A stretch of DNA of 64,000 bases from Lingula anatina. Lineage: Eukaryota > Animalia > Brachiopoda. Positions within the stretch are counted from its first letter, which is position 1. Every line of letters begins with the position of its first letter. A model generated the notes under the pieces. The model saw only the letters and a list, made by a program, of their open reading frames with translations, ran no database searches and was not told the origin of the DNA. The DNA lies in the NCBI GenBank assembly GCA_051362555.1, contig CM120644.1, forward strand, positions 2,736,954-2,800,953, given 5' to 3'. The position numbers and the translations under genes are program-made. Positions 61,646 to 64,000 of this stretch are shown here, piece after piece.

Positions 61646-64000
61646 CTTATTTGCAATATTAAACAAAATTTAACTGCATAATTATCACTGCTTCCTTATT
61701 ATTAATCTAGCAGAGAGCTTTACCTTTGGGAGTTTACAGGGAAATATCAATAAGTGTGCTTTACGTAATCTCATTTAATGGCCTATTAGAGCAAATGACT
61801 TTATAACTCTGAAATTAATCTACTGATACCCAAGGGTAATTTACAGACTGACCCACTCAAAGGTCTTCAGGCCCATAAGTCACACCTTAAGAAAAGCACA
61901 AAACCATAATGCCCAAAATAGGAGACTACCAATCCTGATGCAATAATACATTATGTTTAACTGCACAGTCAACATCAACTTATGCACAACAGGTAACACA
62001 GACGAAAGTAAAAGCATAAGGCTCCAGGCCCATCAGAGTTCAAGTTTATACTTAGAAAGTGCCAGAATGAGAAAAATGAAAATTTCACAAAAAATGCATA
62101 AATACAATAAACATGATAATCCAATAGATCTGGTTTTCTCATGAGCTGAAGGCCAATCCTAAAAATCGTACTTGTAAGTTTAAAATTATAATAAGTAGCA
62201 CAGTTTTTTTTTCATAATGTTTGCAGTGCAAAAAGATTGTTGTCAATTTTGATGTAACATTACATAATAAATTAGAGAATAATTATCACCAATTTTTGTT
62301 TATTGACTATAAATAGCATGGACACGTAGAAAATTTGATTACCATTCGCCTTCATGTCCATGGGAGCTCCGAGTCCCACAATGAATATGCCAAAAAGATA
62401 ATGAATATTTCACTCAAATGTATAACTTCCAGAAAAAGAAGCCAGACTGCTTTTTTCCAACTCAGGCTGCATTTTAGTCCAGTGTTTCTTTTTTAAAGGT
62501 TTGACAGTCATAAGTAACACAGTTTTCTCATAATGGTCATCATGGCAGCGGCACCAAAAATTGTGCTTTCTTCTATTTTGATGCAACATTACATAATGCT
62601 TAACAGCAGAAAAAGAAGCCAATTAGACTGCTTTTTTCCAACTCAGGCTGCATTTTAGTCCAGTGTTTCTTTTTTAAAGGTTTGACAGTCATAAGTAACA
62701 CAGTTTTCCCATAATGGTCATCAAGGCAGCAGCACCAAAAATTGTGTTTTCTTCTATTTTGATGCAACATTACATAATGCTTAACAGCATAATGACCATC
62801 GATTTTTAATAATAAAATATAAGTGTCATGGATTTTCACAAAATGTGACTAGCATGGGTCTTCAAGCCCGTGGAGGTTCGAAGTCACACCTTGGAAATGC
62901 CACTATGTGAAAAATTAAATTTTCACAAAAAAACTGTTTAATTGCCAGAAAAATTTACCAAACAGACTGCATTGCCTACTGAAGCTGTATTTTAGTCCCA
63001 TGTTTCTTTCCTGTAAGTTTGAGAACAGTAAGTGACATGATTTTCCTTAAATGGTCATCATGGGAGCAGTGCCCAAAATAGGGGTTTCGTCAAATTTTGA
63101 TGCAATATTACATAATATTTAACAGCATAATGACCATCAATTTTTAAAAATAGAATATTAGTCACATGAACATTCAGAAAACGTGACTAGCAAAGGTCTG
63201 CAGGCTCATGGAACTTCAAAGTCACACCCTGAAAATCCCAATATGTGAAAAATTAAATTTTCACAAAAAACTGTTTAACTGCCAGAAAAAATTACCATGC
63301 AAACAGACTGCATTGCCTACTGAAGCTGTATTTTAGTCCCATGTTTCTTTCCTGTAAGTTTGAAAACAGTAAGTGACATGGTTTTTCTTAAATGGTCATC
63401 ATGGGAGCAGTGCCCAAAATAGGGGTTTCTTCAAATTTTGATGCAATATTACATAATGTTTAACAGCATAACGACCATCAATTTTTAATAATAGAATATT
63501 AGAAACATGAACATTCAGAAAACGTGACTAGCAAAGGTCTGCAGGCTCATGGAACTTCAAAGTCACACCTTGAAAATGCCAATAAGTGAAAAATTTTATT
63601 TTCACAAAAAACTATTTAATTGCCAGAAATATTTACAAAACAGACTGCATTGCCTACTGAAGCTATATTTTAGTCCCATGTTTCTTTCCTGTAAGTTTGA
63701 GAACAGTGAGTGACATGATTTTCCTTAAATGGTCATCATGGGAGCAGTGCCCAAAATAGGGGTTTCTTCAAATTTTGATGCAATATTACATAATGTTTAA
63801 CAGCATAATGACCATCAATTTTTAATCATAAAATATTAGTATCATGGATATTCAGAAAATGTGACTAGCAAAGGTCTTCAGGACCATGGAACGTCAAAGT
63901 CACATCTTGAAAATGCCAAAATGTAAACAAGACAGCACTTTTCTGAAATGGGTTTATTTCCATTTTTAACACTTTTTTAACATAAAACAAAATTAACAGT

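Larger units (their letters stand above)
60791..64000 (+). mobile_element. HINE family A 5' part (diverged, nested), with a ~340-bp tandem array at about 62750-63950
   Basis: AACAAGGCAGCAAAGCTGTCAAATGTACAGACA at 60791. AAGTCACA anchors near 62883, 63221, 63563 and 63899. Confidence 0.7.

Overview
AT-rich, intron-containing animal DNA. The transposon repertoire suggests a marine invertebrate, probably a lophotrochozoan, but this is inference. About 40 kb of the window holds one minus-strand host gene that the ORF track splits up. Three phase-compatible exons (59794-59419, 27700-27462, 23592-23311) splice into a 298-aa FADD-like adaptor: DED, an NLS/SUMO-motif linker and a death domain. Just downstream are two duplicated phase-1 splice acceptors. 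One adds only 8 residues and a stop. The other opens a 3.1-kb exon encoding a helical domain plus about nine 78-aa His/Cys-containing repeats, each with a hypervariable loop. The predicted alternatives are a plain adaptor or a ~1330-aa death-fold/solenoid fusion; this is the main candidate for a novel system. The rest is nested transposons: a full-length Mag-type Gypsy element with identical LTRs, an intact six-exon hAT transposon with a 6-bp TSD, a 5'-truncated L1/Tx1 LINE, Helentron-type (HINE) elements carrying 161-bp and 146-bp satellites, a deleted Academ-like element, a Kolobok-like element and several MITEs. All domain and family calls come from reading motifs by eye, not from database searches.
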